Positions 24,422 through 57,770 of a stretch of DNA of 64,000 bases are shown here, piece after piece; position 1 is the first letter of the stretch; each line of letters opens with the position of its first letter. Under the pieces are notes generated by a model that saw only the letters and a list, made by a program, of their open reading frames with translations, had not been told where the DNA came from and ran no database searches. This DNA is from Hormiphora californensis (lineage: Eukaryota; Animalia; Ctenophora). The position numbers and the translations under genes were made by a program. The stretch lies in the NCBI GenBank assembly GCA_020137815.1, contig CM035356.1, positions 3,100,001 to 3,164,000 of the forward strand. The letters run 5' to 3'.

Positions 24422-27400
24422 TCATTGTCCATTTGGATTTAATACAGTTCTTTTCTTGTATTCAGACCACTTTTGTAGATTGACCAGCTTGTGTTTGAGT
24501 TCCGAGTACGAGGGATAGTAAATAATCTGATGAAGCAGAAAATATGATTATTAAAAAATCCTCTCAGGGGTTGAAATTAATAATGATACTGATAGGAATA
24601 CTGATACAATTTCCCAATTCTAATGGACCTATAACTAGGCATAAAACTAGTAAACGTACTTTGCTCTTCAGGGCGTCCCTTGTCCTCTTATTCAGCAGGA
24701 GGAGGAAGACATCTTTTTTCACCACCACACACTCACACCCCCGGGACACGAGACTCGTTTGAAGATCCTCTTCTGAGAAAAGTGACGTCAGACCGTATAC
24801 GTCACCCGAGGTTAATGTACACACTCGCACAAAATGCTCCTGGAAGGTTTAGGTGTTAAAAGTTCTAATAGAAGGTTCGGATCCCAAATTCCTAACATTA
24901 AACAAGGCTACTAGTTTAGGCTAGCCTTGATAACGACATGTGTTTGAACAAGAAATTGTTTAGTTTACCTTTGGTGGTTTTACTGTGCTGGGTCGTGTGA
25001 TATTAGCTGCTGTTATGGGTCTGCTGGGAGAGGAGGTCGTACTGGTTATCAGTCTAGCTTGAGAAATTGGTCTGGATCGTTTAGAGGATGTGGCAGGTCT
25101 GTCTTGGCTGATCATGGTACTACTTCCTACCGGCGGGGTCCTGGAATGGACACCAGTTCCCGGCCGGGATGGCTTTGTGATGACTATCTTGGGTCGCGTT
25201 ATAGGTGCCGTTATGGGTCTCAAACGGGTCTTGACAGTCTTCTCCGCTGATGGATACAAAATGGATTGTCAGTCGAACCCTTTGACTCAAATTGGTGGGG
25301 GAGTGATGACGTGATAGAATGTGGGGTTAGCACTATTGAAAACACACTACCTTGTTTTGCATCAGGTATAATTCCAGTTAAGGGCTTCACTCCACATCCT
25401 TCATCACGCTTCCAGTACCTGCATATAGTAACGAGGTAAGTGGTTACCTAGTAACAAGGTAAGCGGTTAGTGGTTACCTAATACCTAGCAACGGGGTAAG
25501 TGGTTACCTAGCAACAAGGTTATTAGTTACCGAGCAACAAGGGCAGTGGTTACCTAGTGACTTGTTGAGTTGTTGATTGTTTACTCCTACTCAACAACTA
25601 GCAACAAGAAAAGCGGTTACCTCATTCCGGTATCAAAACAGGAGACCCCCGAGGATGGTCGAGTTTCTGTTGCCATGGAGAGTTTCGTTATGACGTCACA
25701 TTTACCCGACTTTACAAAACACAGGATGTCATTGTCTTTACTACTCTTTACCACACACTTGTTATTTCTGAAAAATGCCGTCATTACACGTTTTAGCTTT
25801 CAGGCCAATGCTCTAACAGCGTTTTACTTTTAGTGAATTAGAAGGCACTTGAAAATGACTGGAATAAATTATAACAGAACGGTCATTTTGCCGGAAATAA
25901 AACCGGTGTGTTATACTGGTACAGTGATAAATTAGTACCCCTGATATGATGGCAGCTACTACAATTATACCTGAAGTAAACAAGAGTTGCAGATCTAGGA
26001 TCATTCCCAAACTTCTCCGTTGGGATGCCATCAAACCAGGTGAGTGAGTTTAGAAAGGATTGGATGGCGGTAGATGCCGTCATTGCTGCCCCATCTGTTA
26101 CCCCCTCCTCCCCCTCACCTCCACCATCTCTCCCACAACGGGCTGCAAACTCTAAACTCCGTGTCATGGACCCTTTAAAATCCTACAAGGTAATATAGCG
26201 TTGTCATGGAAACTTTAAACGCTATCAACTGGAGTTTTATGAGGGTCGATATAACAACTCTAAAACCACGAAGTGACCCCTCTCCTTTATTTTAACCCCC
26301 CTCATAGTGTTCCTACTTTTCCTACCCCTCTCACCTCCCCATTATTCTATCACCCCCATTCTCTGCTAACAAATTCGCTCACCTCTCCATCTACACTCCA
26401 CAGGACAATATCTAGGGCTGATGTGACCGTGGCAGTCCTCCGACACCCATCCAGGACCTCACTATCCCCAAATATATCTCCCCTGTTGAGGATCTGCACT
26501 GTTTCCTCCTGTCTCAGTTCCTTGTTGAACCGCGTCATAACAACTGGGAGGTGGAGAGATAATAGTAGGAATAAGAGGTGGGTGAAAACTGGGAGGTGGA
26601 GAGATAATAGTAGGAATAAGAGGTGGATAAACAACTGGGAGGTGGAGAGATAGTAGTAGGGATAAGAGGTGGATAAACAACTTGGTATCGAAGACACCTC
26701 ACACTCCTAACTCAGGCCGCATCGCAGACACCTCACACTCCTAACTCAGGCCGCATCGCGGCCTTCGTTTGGTGCGCTTTGCGCGCCGGCAAGGGAGGGG
26801 TAACTTCGTTACCAAATAAACAACTGGGTTAGAGGTGGAGATATATAGGTAGTAGAGATAAGAGGTGGGTAAAAAAATTGGGATGATGTACTGTTGATCT
26901 GAGATTGGCAAGGAATAGATAGGTCATAAGACCTTGTGGGATAGACTGAGGGAGAGAAAAAAGGCTTGCAGGAGAAAAAAAGGGCAGACTGAAATTTAGA
27001 GACAAACCAGTTCCAGAGAGAATAAAGTAGACCCTAGCGGAGAGATGGCCTTCTCGAAGGATCACCCTGGCTCTATCGTATCGCTCCAATAATCCAACTC
27101 TACTTAGCTCCTCTTGGACCTGAGGAAATTGCCTAGCTTTAAGCTCGACCTTTTTCGCGAGCTCCGAAGGGTTAGGACATAACAAACTTTAACCTGTTCG
27201 TAGTATCTCCACGATCCCGTACGAGAGAGTCGGAACAAGAAAACATTAACTAACTCACAGAATTGATTATTAATCAATTAATCATCAATTATTTACATAT
27301 CCTGGATATGATGCAAATGAGCTGCATTCTCTGAGTTTTAGTCTGAGGGACCGGGCCTGGGCTGCTGATCTGAGGGATCTGTTCCGTGCCGCCTCCTCCA

Positions 27401-27920
27401 AATCTCTCGACAGATACATCTGCAAGAGATAAATAAAGTATCTTATCGACAGAATTTATTCATTCTTCGACAAAGATATTGAAAATATATATTTTCCCTC
27501 TCTGACTTTAACGAATTGCTCCTTGACAAATTAAAAGTGATATTTATCTTCTTACCCCGTCCTTGGGTCTCCTATAAATTGATGGATCAAATACAACCCG
27601 GTTTCTATCAAGGTTAGGTTCAGAATCCCTGAACTCCAAGAAGTTCTTGAACTGGTCTTGCTGCTTCTCTAATTCTCTTCGGGTTACTTCTCTAAAATGA
27701 TGGCGAAATATTTTGCTGTATTTATACTGTAAAAAACGAACTTTACTTGAAAACAAAACACCAACGGCCCTGTGATTGAAGCAAAATGGCAGACATAGTT
27801 GTCATGGCTACGATATAGAATTCAATGTTAATGTGAGACCCGCTAATAAACACGCAAATGAGTGGGACCTAGGAGCTAAAATGAGGGGAGAATACAGGAC
27901 ATTAACTCTTAGAGAGCGAA

Positions 27921-28005
<85 letters not shown>

Positions 28006-29400
28006 AAGAGAGAGAAAGAGAGAGATAGGTAGATAGAGGGAGATAAAAAGAGAAAGAAAGATAGTAAAAAGCGGAATAAGAAGAACAACGACAGCAAATC
28101 TTTTCGGTATCGGTATCATATAGGCTCTAAGATGAATCAGGAAGAGGGCACTATAATAATACTAACTCCTGCCTGAATATTTTATGAGCATGCTCACAGA
28201 GGCCTCATACAAGGTAAAGGGGGCATGGCAGAAACCCAAATTTTCCAGATCATATTTCTCCATAAAAAAGAAATAGAGCTGACTGAGAAAGAGAGAAAGA
28301 GGGAGAGAGGGAGAAAAAGAGTGGAAGAGAGAGAACGATCAAGGTTACAGCAGATGTTTACAGCGGCGGATTTCTCTACGATATATTTATACGGAACAGA
28401 TCTCGATATCACGGTTACAAACGGTAAAACTCGGGTTACAAAATGAACATAATTATCTGGTGTTCATTATGACTCAAATAACACTGAGTTTGGTTGGCAT
28501 AGCAACACCAGATGTTGGATATATGAGTCATGTGTCAACACCTGTTCTTACAGCAGAGAGAAAACATGGGTTGGTCATAAACACACAGACATGCACAGAC
28601 CGAGTGATTTGAATACATAAGTAGGATAAGAAAACAGAGTCGATAAAAACCGCGCAACTTAAAGTTTTTTGAAAACAGAATCAGTATAAACTGGGCAACC
28701 ACAACTTACAGTTTTTGGAACTCGCTAGCCACTGAACTGACCATGATTATACATTTGCCGATGTTTCGCCACCTGTCTTTTGCCTGCGGAGGGATTGGGG
28801 TGTCTCGTTCGTTATAGGAGAGAGCAGCTAAATTGTTTTAGCTTTGAGAGTTTTTCGGGGAGGGAAATTATTTCTTGCGACGATCATTTGACGAGACTAT
28901 GAAGTATGAACTCGATCAAATACTAGTTAAGCTAGGTCACAGAAAATGAGCGATATTGGGGTGATTTTGAAACTCCTGCCACAGTCGACTCGCCGTACAT
29001 GATTTGAGAACCTCGACTCCAAAACCGATGTATGTATAAATTCAAAGCAAGCATTGTACCGTATCATGGTTACCATGGTTACCGTATCATGGTTACCGTA
29101 TCATGGTTACCATGGTTAGTGTCAAACCATTGGTTACCACTTACTTTCTGTCTACGAATAGCAGCCTCCTCCGCATCTTTAGTGATACGTTTCACGAACT
29201 GAGATTGGATAGCAAAACATTTGAAGGGTATGGGACAGGTAGGGGTACAGCTGCACCTTTCCAGAGACGTGGCGGTGGCACTAGGACAGGAAACTGCAGA
29301 TTGTACACGTGCCCAGGACATATATCCGGTTGTTATGGGAACTGTCCGGTAGTTGGGAATTGTAGACTGACAAGTACTGCACAACTTTAGAGATAGTGGG
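24422..29400 (-). CDS. Cyclic nucleotide-binding domain protein, CNBD2-like (multi-exon; 5' end uncertain)
   Basis: Exons encode [41 protein letters not shown]...[25 protein letters not shown]...[11 protein letters not shown] and YPSYSEL...WSEYK, i.e. two CNB domains. Stop at 24422. Confidence 0.75.
25430..25560. promoter_or_regulatory. Intronic tandem repeat containing RFX X-box matches
   Basis: GTTACCTAGTAAC 25443-25455, GTTACCTAGCAAC 25503-25515 and GTTACCGAGCAAC 25526-25538 fit GTNRCC(N0-3)RGYAAC. Confidence 0.5.
26682..26815. mobile_element. 134-bp MITE (12-bp TIR, 9-bp TSD ATAAACAAC, internal 33-bp duplication)
   Basis: ataaacaac|TTGGTATCGAAG...CTTCGTTACCAA|ataaacaac. Confidence 0.7.
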
Positions 29401-31304
29401 GTGTAGCCAAGAGTGTAGCCAAAAGGAACTGCCTGAGCAGCAAAAAACAGTTGTGAACTCTCAGCAACGGGCAAACAGAACTCTAGGACTAGGGGAGTTT
29501 GTTTGAAGATCAAGTGTTGAAAATGAGATTATGGAAATGAACAATAGATTGGTATAGCGCCAAATGCGCCGTGATGCATATCAAGGGGAGAGTCACTGTT
29601 ATAGAGTTAGACACCATAAAGAAACAGAAAACCAGGCCATTTTATCTTCAGAACATGCAACTACGACACTTTAACAAGATCTAGGATCTATCACAATCAT
29701 TCTGGACTCTCGTAAATCTCTTATTCATATTGATGTATTGTCTCTCTCATTCTCTCTCTCCCTCTCTCATATCTATTCTACTCTAACTCGACCGAATTAC
29801 GGGGCTACCATAATGGCGCATGGTAACTGCCAGGAAGAGATAGGGAGGGGGACAGGAAGGGACACAAAGACCCAATTATCCAGAGACTAGATGTGGAGTT
29901 AGTTAGGCAGATCCAGATGTTCATGTCTGAAAGTGAAAGGAAGGAGGAAATAGATTGCCAATAACTGGATAATTTCATGATATCTTCTCCTAAACCAAAC
30001 ATCAGCTGCAGGATCAACAATTCTCATATTATGAAGGTGAGGGATCATTAGCAGATGATGCGGTCGACAAAATGTAGACTCATAGCGACACGCAATCCGC
30101 TCACATAATGTTGACCACACTCGAGTGACCAGTGTGACCACAGAAGTAGAACAGAACAGAGTAAGAGCTTGGATAATGACTATTTTATTCCGATTTAAAC
30201 AGTGATTATGAATTAGAAAGGAGCTCTGAACACTCACTGTTCTGAACACTCACTGTTCACTGAACACTGAACAGTCTACTAATATAAAAGCTAGAAGAAG
30301 GACACATCACAGAGATATTAGTACCTACAGAAAAACAATGTTTGTCACAAACTGTAACACTTTGTCACAACAGTATTTACCTCGGCCTCTGAAAGTTGAA
30401 TGCTGTTTGACCTCATCCTCTGTATTGCCCTCTTTTTACTGCTCCGGGAGCTGATCTGATCCGGCCTTGTTGAGATCCTGTTTCTTCCCATCATGATACA
30501 ACAAAGCTGTCTATAGTGCTGAGTGGTTGGGAGGTGGTTATTGTGGTTATGGATGGGGGTACCAGCGTCCAGCTATCAATATCATCAAGGGGTTGTACTA
30601 AACATAGTAAACATACAAACTAAAAAGGAAGTAGTCTACTAGACTAAGTCCAGAATGGGAGGGAGAGCTAGTTGACAAACGATCACCAAGCCAAACAAGG
30701 AAGATGATTACTTAATGCGTAGGGATAAAACGTAACTTGGGATGATAGAAGGAGTCAAAACTTACAAAGTGTCCTCTCAGAATATAGAGATGGTGATTCT
30801 GACGGTCTCTATACACATACTACCTCGTAGGAGTATATTCTAACTCAGTTACCCGCCACCACCAACAGCCTGGCATGAAACCCTGAAACAGAAGGGGTGG
30901 ATAGAGAGGGGGAGAGAGAGAGAGAGAGAGAATGGAGAGATAGAGAGAGAGAGAATGGAGATATAGAGAGAGAGGGGGGGAGAGAATGGTATAATGGAAA
31001 GATAGAGAGTCAGAGACTAGAGAGTAGAGAGGGGAGATAAAGAGAGAAGGGTAGGTACAACAGAGAGGGCTAAAGAGATGATCTGTGGGTACTGGTAAAG
31101 CTAAGTATACGACTTGAAAGTAGGACGCATGACCTTTTGGAGTTGTATGAAAGGTGGCTTGGGTGGCGAGGGGTCAGGTGTTGCAGATTCACTATATGAC
31201 TTCGTTAGGCAGGGGCTTGCTATTATACAATTTAGGACTGGAATCATGTGACGTCACGGGCAATAAACATGAAATTCAGGGAGATTTGAAAGGGGACGTT
31301 TGGG

Positions 31305-32320
31305 GAGTTGAGAGTTGCCATGGGATTGGTAGATTTGGGGACCGGAGAGTTGCCATTGGATTGGTAGATTTGGGGACTGGAGAGTTGCCATGGGATTGGT
31401 AGATTTGGGGACTGGAGAGTTACCATGGGATTTGTAGATTTGGGGACTGGAGAGAGCTGTTGTCATGGGATTGGTAGATTTGGGGACTGGAGAGAGTTGC
31501 CATGGGATTGGTAGATTTGGGGACTGGAGAGTTGCCATGGGATTGGTAGATTTGGGGAGTTGAGAGTTGCCATGGGATTGGTTGATTTGGAGACTGGAGA
31601 GTTGCCATGGGATTGGTAGATTTGGGGACTGGAGAGTTGCCATGGGATTGGTAGATTTGGGGACTGGAGAGTTGCCATGGGATTGGTAGATTTGGGGACT
31701 GGAGAGTTGTCATGGGATTGGTAGATTTGGGGACTGGAGAGTTGCCATGGGATTGGTAGATTTGGGGACTGGAGAGTTGCCATGGGATTGGTAGCTTTGG
31801 GGACTGGAGAGAGTTGTCATGGGATTGGTAGATTTGGGGACTGGAGAGTTGCCATGGGATTGGTAGATTTGGGGACTGGAGAGAGTTGCCATGGGATTGG
31901 TAGATTTGGGGACTGGAGAGTTGCCATGGGATTGGTAGATTTTGGGACTGGAGAGTTGCCATGGGATTGGTACATTTGGGGAGTTGAGAGTTGCCATGGG
32001 ATTGGTAGATTTGGGGACTGGAGAGTTGCCCTGGGATTGGTAGATTTGGGGACTGAAGAGTTGCCATGGGATTGGTAGATTTGGGGACTGGAGAGTTGTC
32101 ATGGGATTGGTAGATTTGGGGACTGGAGAGTTGCCCTGGGATTGGTAGATTTGGGGACTGGAGAGTTGCCATGGGATTGGTAGATTTGGGGACTGGAGAT
32201 TTGCCATGGGATTGGTAGATTTGGGGACTGGAGAGTTGCCATGGGATTGGTAGATTTGGGGACTGGAGAGTTGCCGTGGGATTGGTAGATTTGGGGACTG
32301 GAGAGAGAGTTGCCATGGAG
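31305..32320. repeat. 35-37-bp minisatellite (GTTGCCATGGGATTGGTAGATTTGGGGACTGGAGA)n, roughly 28 copies
   Basis: Directly visible, with no spacers. Confidence 0.95.
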
Positions 32321-32790
32321 TTTGTCGGATGTTGCCTGGCAACCGGGTGGACCACTGGGTTACTGCCAGTTGCCACAGCCCGTGGTGCCGTGGTGGGAAC
32401 CCAGTGATGTGTTTCAAAAATGATAAAGTGACAGAACTTCCCGACAAACCCCATGATATAAGATTGAGACACGTGTCTTTTTAATTGAAACAATGTAGAG
32501 GAATCACAGCACAATTAGAATAACACACGAACTTTTTCACTATCTCCCTACCATGTTATAGCAAGAGACCCCTCTATCTTGCTACACGATAGTCTCTCTT
32601 TCTCTTCCTCTCTCACACCCCACATATGTTTTCAGAAAGTCAAATATCAATGGTCCACTGCTGGACACGCGGTGAAAAAATAATAACGAATAATATATAA
32701 TGGATAGGGATAAATCTTTAGATGTTAAATCATTCCATCCTACCCAAACATATATCTATCAATCTGTGTCTCTATCTTTCAGTCAGATCT

Positions 32791-52656
<19,866 letters not shown>

Positions 52657-52776
52657 TATAAACAAAAGGAAGGGGATGATTAAAATTTAAAAGAAAGATA
52701 CTCCTAGATAAGAAGATGGTGGATGTGGGTATAGGTAAAAGAGACGCTAATAAATGAGACAAATATCGTGGTTATT

Positions 52777-52796
52777 GTTCCTGAAAGTACAGGAAT
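52777..52796. promoter_or_regulatory. Heat-shock-element-like motif upstream of Hsp110
   Basis: gTTCc tGAAa gTACa gGAAt gives four alternating nGAAn units with one mismatch. Confidence 0.45.
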
Positions 52797-53017
52797 TTGA
52801 AACCTGCAAAAAAAACATGATAAATAAGTTAACAATTGGTAAAACACAGTGAAATCAGTCAGTATGTTTGTCTCTCGGTAATATGATGGCTTATTAAAAC
52901 CCCTGCAGTTTCCGTTTTCAGGATCTATATTTCCCTGCTCACACCATCATATATTCATCACAGAGCTAGCACGGTCTGTGAGGGTTCGGTAGATCAAATT
53001 TCCCCGGATATAAGGCC

Positions 53018-54229
53018 TCAGGATTCTGAACTCAAAGTCTCCACAATCTTGTCAACACTTTTCAGGAACCTGTCAGTGGGGACCACCAGGACAGTCCTAT
53101 AACCCTGGGAAACCTCCTCTGCTCTCTTTGTAGTGTCCATAGGGGCAAGTGTTTCATCCGTTACCTTCCAAGAGAATGAGTGTGTGGCAATTTCCGATAA
53201 CATCGACAAATCAGCTCCTTCATATTGGACCGAGGGGGTGGCATGCTTGGAGCGTTTCACCTTACGGCCCTGTTCCGGTTCTTGAAACGATTTAGCGAGC
53301 ATGACAAGGTTCCTCACGTTATAAGAAGTGTTCTCCCTCCGTTCTGTGATTAATTCCATTTTAAGGGCCTTGTACAGCTGGGCTGTTATCTGGAGAGGGA
53401 GGTTATTGAACTTGGCATTCAGTAGGAATGCAGTGTCTGGGCAGGAGAGAATCTTGTCAACATCACTGGTTGTGTCAGCGTCACATTTAGAGAGTAGGGA
53501 GGTGGTCAACTGTTTTAGTTTGGCAGAGTCAGGGAAAAGGGAGAGAGGGAGGATAGAGGCGACAGCGAATACAGGGTCATCTTCACCTTCCTCGATATCA
53601 GCTCCTTTGATAACGGTGCCAACCTGGGAATACAAATTGGGTAGTTTATCAACTCAGCAGTTAGCTCAGAGAGAGAGAGAGAGAGTTATGAGAGATAATA
53701 AGTTTAAACAAACGTCAGACGGTCTGACGTTTGTTTAAACTTGTTATCTGACTCAGCCCATCGAGATATTACAAAACTAATTCTTGCTCAGATCTCAACA
53801 TTCAGAATAATCAATTAATCTACCCAAGTATGTGTGAGATTTCCCCATTCAACTATTGTACAATGAGTGTGTATCAGTACCAGCAGGAGGTATCAAAATC
53901 ACTTCCCACTAACCTTATAGTTATCAATGTATCAGTACCAACAGGAGGTACGGGGGGATATGGGATACAATACTAACCTTATAGTTATCAATGAGTGTCT
54001 GACTAAAGTTCCCCACATCCAGAGTTAATCCCTTCACCAGCCCATCAAGAAGTGCCCTCACTCCATCCCAATCTTCATCGGCCGGTGGGTACGCCTCGAA
54101 TTCAATCTGTGTTACCTCCATCGCGGGCATGGGTGGCAAGACATTAGTTTCCGTTTCACTGTTTCCTCCATCCGATGTTGACATTTCTTCATCGCCAGAC
54201 GAGGACGACTCATTTGTATGTGTTATCAT
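53018..54229 (-). CDS. BCCIP: BCCIP/Bcp1 homolog (exons 54229-53978, 53623-53018)
   Basis: Acidic N-terminus, IEFEAYPPADEDWDGVRALL, VGTVIK, DDPVFAVASILPL and FLLNAKFNNLPLQITAQLY match the BCCIP motif order. Confidence 0.85.
53693..53749. repeat. ~57-bp near-perfect palindrome in the BCCIP intron
   Basis: AGATAATAAGTTTAAACAAACGTCAGAC-G-GTCTGACGTTTGTTTAAACTTGTTATCT. Confidence 0.8.
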
Positions 54230-55533
54230 AACTAAAGAAGTGATTTGGAAATGAGCCTGGTAGGATTAGAGAGAGAGAGAGATAGAGGTGGAAAGGGAGA
54301 GAGGTGGAGATAGAGAGAGATATATAGATAGATAGAGAGATAGAGAGGGAGAGAGAGAGAAAGAGAGAGAGAAAGAGTGGGGGAGAGAGTGATAGAGTGA
54401 TAGAAAGAGAAAGAGAGGGAGGCCTATATCTAGTATAGGGTCAGAGACATGATTCTTTTCTGGACAACAATCTACATCTCTATAGATAATGGGTTATAGA
54501 TGGAAACTATCACGTTGAGTTATGGCTCCCGCCTCCCCCTCGCTCTCTATCTTGCCCTCTCCCTCTCTCTCTTGCTCTCTCTCCCTCTCTCTCGCTAACG
54601 CTTTGCTTGAGCCCTGTCTGTCTTAGATAACAGAATACGGGGAAACATGTTATTGTTACTTGGCAACTCTTGGCAATTCTTCTTCTTGGCAAGCTATATG
54701 ATTCAAGATGAATAGAGAGGAGAGATACATACAAAATATAGTGGAGATAACCACTATATCACCCGATTCTTTCTAACGGCCCATTAACACTGAGCTGAGG
54801 GATGCAGCAGTTGAACTTGTTGGCAGAGAGAGTTATTGGGATTGCATTGTACCCAGTCTTAATGGCCGCCTCTTCCACAAGTCCAGATCACGCTCTTTCC
54901 CTATTCAACACCACGGCAGAGAGGTCAGTTCTTTGTCTGGGCTATTCAACTTGTGTCTCGGACTATAACTGATTCCAGTTCTAACAATTTACCTTTGTCT
55001 GTTATGGCTGATTTAACAATCGAGTCAAATGACTTGATTATTTACAGTAAAGGTTGACAAGAAACCTAGAAATTTTCTTCCACTTTTATATTTTTCTGGG
55101 ATTGTAAGCATTTTTTGTAGAAAAGTAATCTAATAAAATAGCAGATTCAGAGCGCTTTCCAGCGCTCAGCCTAGCCCTATGCACAGTGCACACTGCACAC
55201 TCATAGCTCGTGCTGACAATGAGTGCCGCTGTACTCTGCATAGCACTTTTTGTATCTATATTTTTCTACACGACAAAAAATCGAAAAAGTAAAATTTTAG
55301 GTTTCTTTTAAATACATTTTGATAAACGTGTCTATTTGTCAAAATAAACATTCGAGAGTGAATTTATAGATTCTATGCATGGGAAATAATACGATTGAGA
55401 GATGTAGACAGCACTACTCTTGAAAGAGTGCTGAGTGACTTCTACGAAATCGTATCGCTAGTTAGCAGAGATTAATTAACCGCTGTAAACAGTCTAAATA
55501 TAATTAGTATCATTTATTTAGTGATATATGTGT

Positions 55534-56489
55534 ATGGAAATGATACGTTTCCTTCTCTTCGCAGCTGCACTGTGTAAGACAGGAAATTTTGTTCTTGCAG
55601 TAACAGGTTAGTCTCCGATTTTGTTAATATTTTATGCATATCATAGAAAGTGTGCTACTCGTGTATTCATACCATGATCTGATTGGTAAATTTATTTCGT
55701 TTTAGACTGGACAGCTATTGAGCGGGACGTGAAAATACCCTGGGACCTGGAGGCAACACCTCTCCAGATAACGACGAATACTGAAGGCAGTTTTTTCGTG
55801 TCGTTTTACAATAACGCCGGCTCCTCTATCGGTTATATCCAAATGATGTACTCCCGAACCCCAGCTGATTATAAGATTATCCACTGTACCAACGGCTTTT
55901 ATAAGCTCAACATACAGCCACCGGAGGAAATGGAAAAGACATGGACCATCACCAAAACAGAGACCACCCTCTTCCTCACATGTAACAACGTTGAGGTTCT
56001 AAAGCTCCTGTTCGCAAATCAAAAGAGCAGCTGTGACACAAAGTTGGGTGGTAATGTTGTAGGAAAGATCTCTTTCTCTCCTAATTACGGCCTTCAATCT
56101 AAACTCTATAGAGCAGGTAACATTGATTTAAATGTAATCCAAACCACGTTATTAGTACTGAACAAGGCTGGGGTCATATATGAGTTAGTGTTTGTTTTAA
56201 CTGCATCCTAACTACAAAAAAGGACCAACACAGAGATTACCAGTCAATAATCAGGAGCTGGGTCTGTTATTATATTCCATGGAACTCACACCTTACTCTT
56301 TCTATTCAGCACCTGAGTGTCCTACCCTGACTGTTGAGGGATCAACACAAGAAAGCTGGGCTGCACTATCAGGGAGATCTGTTACCATCGAATGTGATAG
56401 TGCTACCACTGATATCCCTGTGAGAAGTGTAGCTCTAACTTGTCTAGAGGATGGATCATGGTCAAGTGATGCACCAAAGTGTGCAGCTG
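55534..56489 (+). CDS. Secreted protein: signal peptide + beta-rich domain (IPWDLEATPLQI...WTITKT...CNNVEVL) + sushi/CCP domain. Exons 55534-55606, 55706-56116, 56310-56489; the gene continues downstream.
   Basis: All three introns are phase 1. Sushi pattern CP...G.SVTIEC...LTC...GSWS...PKC. Confidence 0.75.
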
Positions 56490-57770
56490 GTATGTGCTGC
56501 TATTTCTCTTTTGAGATCTTATCTTATTCTTATCATACAATAATCCCTCTTTTAATTCTTATAACATTTTCAACTTCTTGGCGCTTCATCATTTATCAAC
56601 AGGCCGTTGAAAGTCCGCAGCCTACGGCCTGGTTCTCTTGCATTTTATATTTAGGATATGGAACTTAAGGTGAATTTATGGTTAAGACTTAAGGTTAAGA
56701 TCCACCAAATAACCAAGATATCTAAACGTTTTATTTCTGTCCAGCAGCACGTGAAAAAGTTTCATGAAAAACTGATAACCCTTAAAATAACCCTAACCAC
56801 ACGCTGTATGTGTCAATGTGTCCAAGGCACACTTTTTGGCCTAAACTGTAAATTTTAGGCCCAGATGCACGCCTGGAGCTTGGAGTTTGGAGCTGTTCTG
56901 CACTGTGATTGCAATCACAGTACAGAACAGCTCCACTGAAGCTCCAAGATTGGCTGAAACTGTGATTCCGAGCGCATTCAGAGGCCTGTAAAAATAAAAA
57001 TAAAAGATGATGAAAAATCTTTATGATGATGAAAAATCTTTATCGACCCGGAGTCGGGCGCGATTATAATATGGGTGTCTTGCAGCCTGTTTACAGGTGC
57101 ACGCTACCAAAAGAGTACACTTAGACCGACTTTTTTCAAACGGCTATAGCCACGCAACCACATGGCCAATTTGAGTAAACTAAACGGTATCTGTTAGAGA
57201 ATCGAGGGCGCCGTTACGATCTGGGTGTTTGGAGGCCTGTTTACAGGTGCGCGCTGCCAAAAAAGTTGATTCACTAAAATGGCTCTAACCGCTAAACCAC
57301 TCAACCGTTTTGGCTGATTCAAAGTTTATCTGGTAGGGAATGTCAAGGCCTAACCCCAACCCAAACCCCACTTTAGCCCTAACCCTAAAAAACCGTTTGT
57401 CAGCACTCCCAAAACACCCAGATTTTAACGCTGGCCGAGAATCGATAGCCCTAACCGATAACTCTAAATCAAACCATAACCAGACCCTTATGGATAGCCC
57501 TAACCCGTCGCGCGCGCTAAAACTACGAATTGTTAGCAATGAAAGGCACCCAGATTTTAACGTTTTCCCCCGGAGTCGAACTTTTTTTCTTTTTCGTCGA
57601 ATTGTGTCCGGACATAATGTTTTTAATTCGCGCGTTACATTTAATTGCGACGCATAGCTAACTTGATTCAAGCGCGCGATATTTCCCCATTGTGATATAT
57701 TTTGTTTGTTCAAAATGCGACATTTTAAAAAAAATTTTACAGAGAAGGCGTTGGAAGGCGTCTGAACCCC

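Noticed and set aside
31254-32514. Repeat array as a CRISPR, or the 364-aa repetitive ORF as a gene
   Set aside because: No unique spacers, eukaryotic context, and unit lengths shift the frame. It is a minisatellite.
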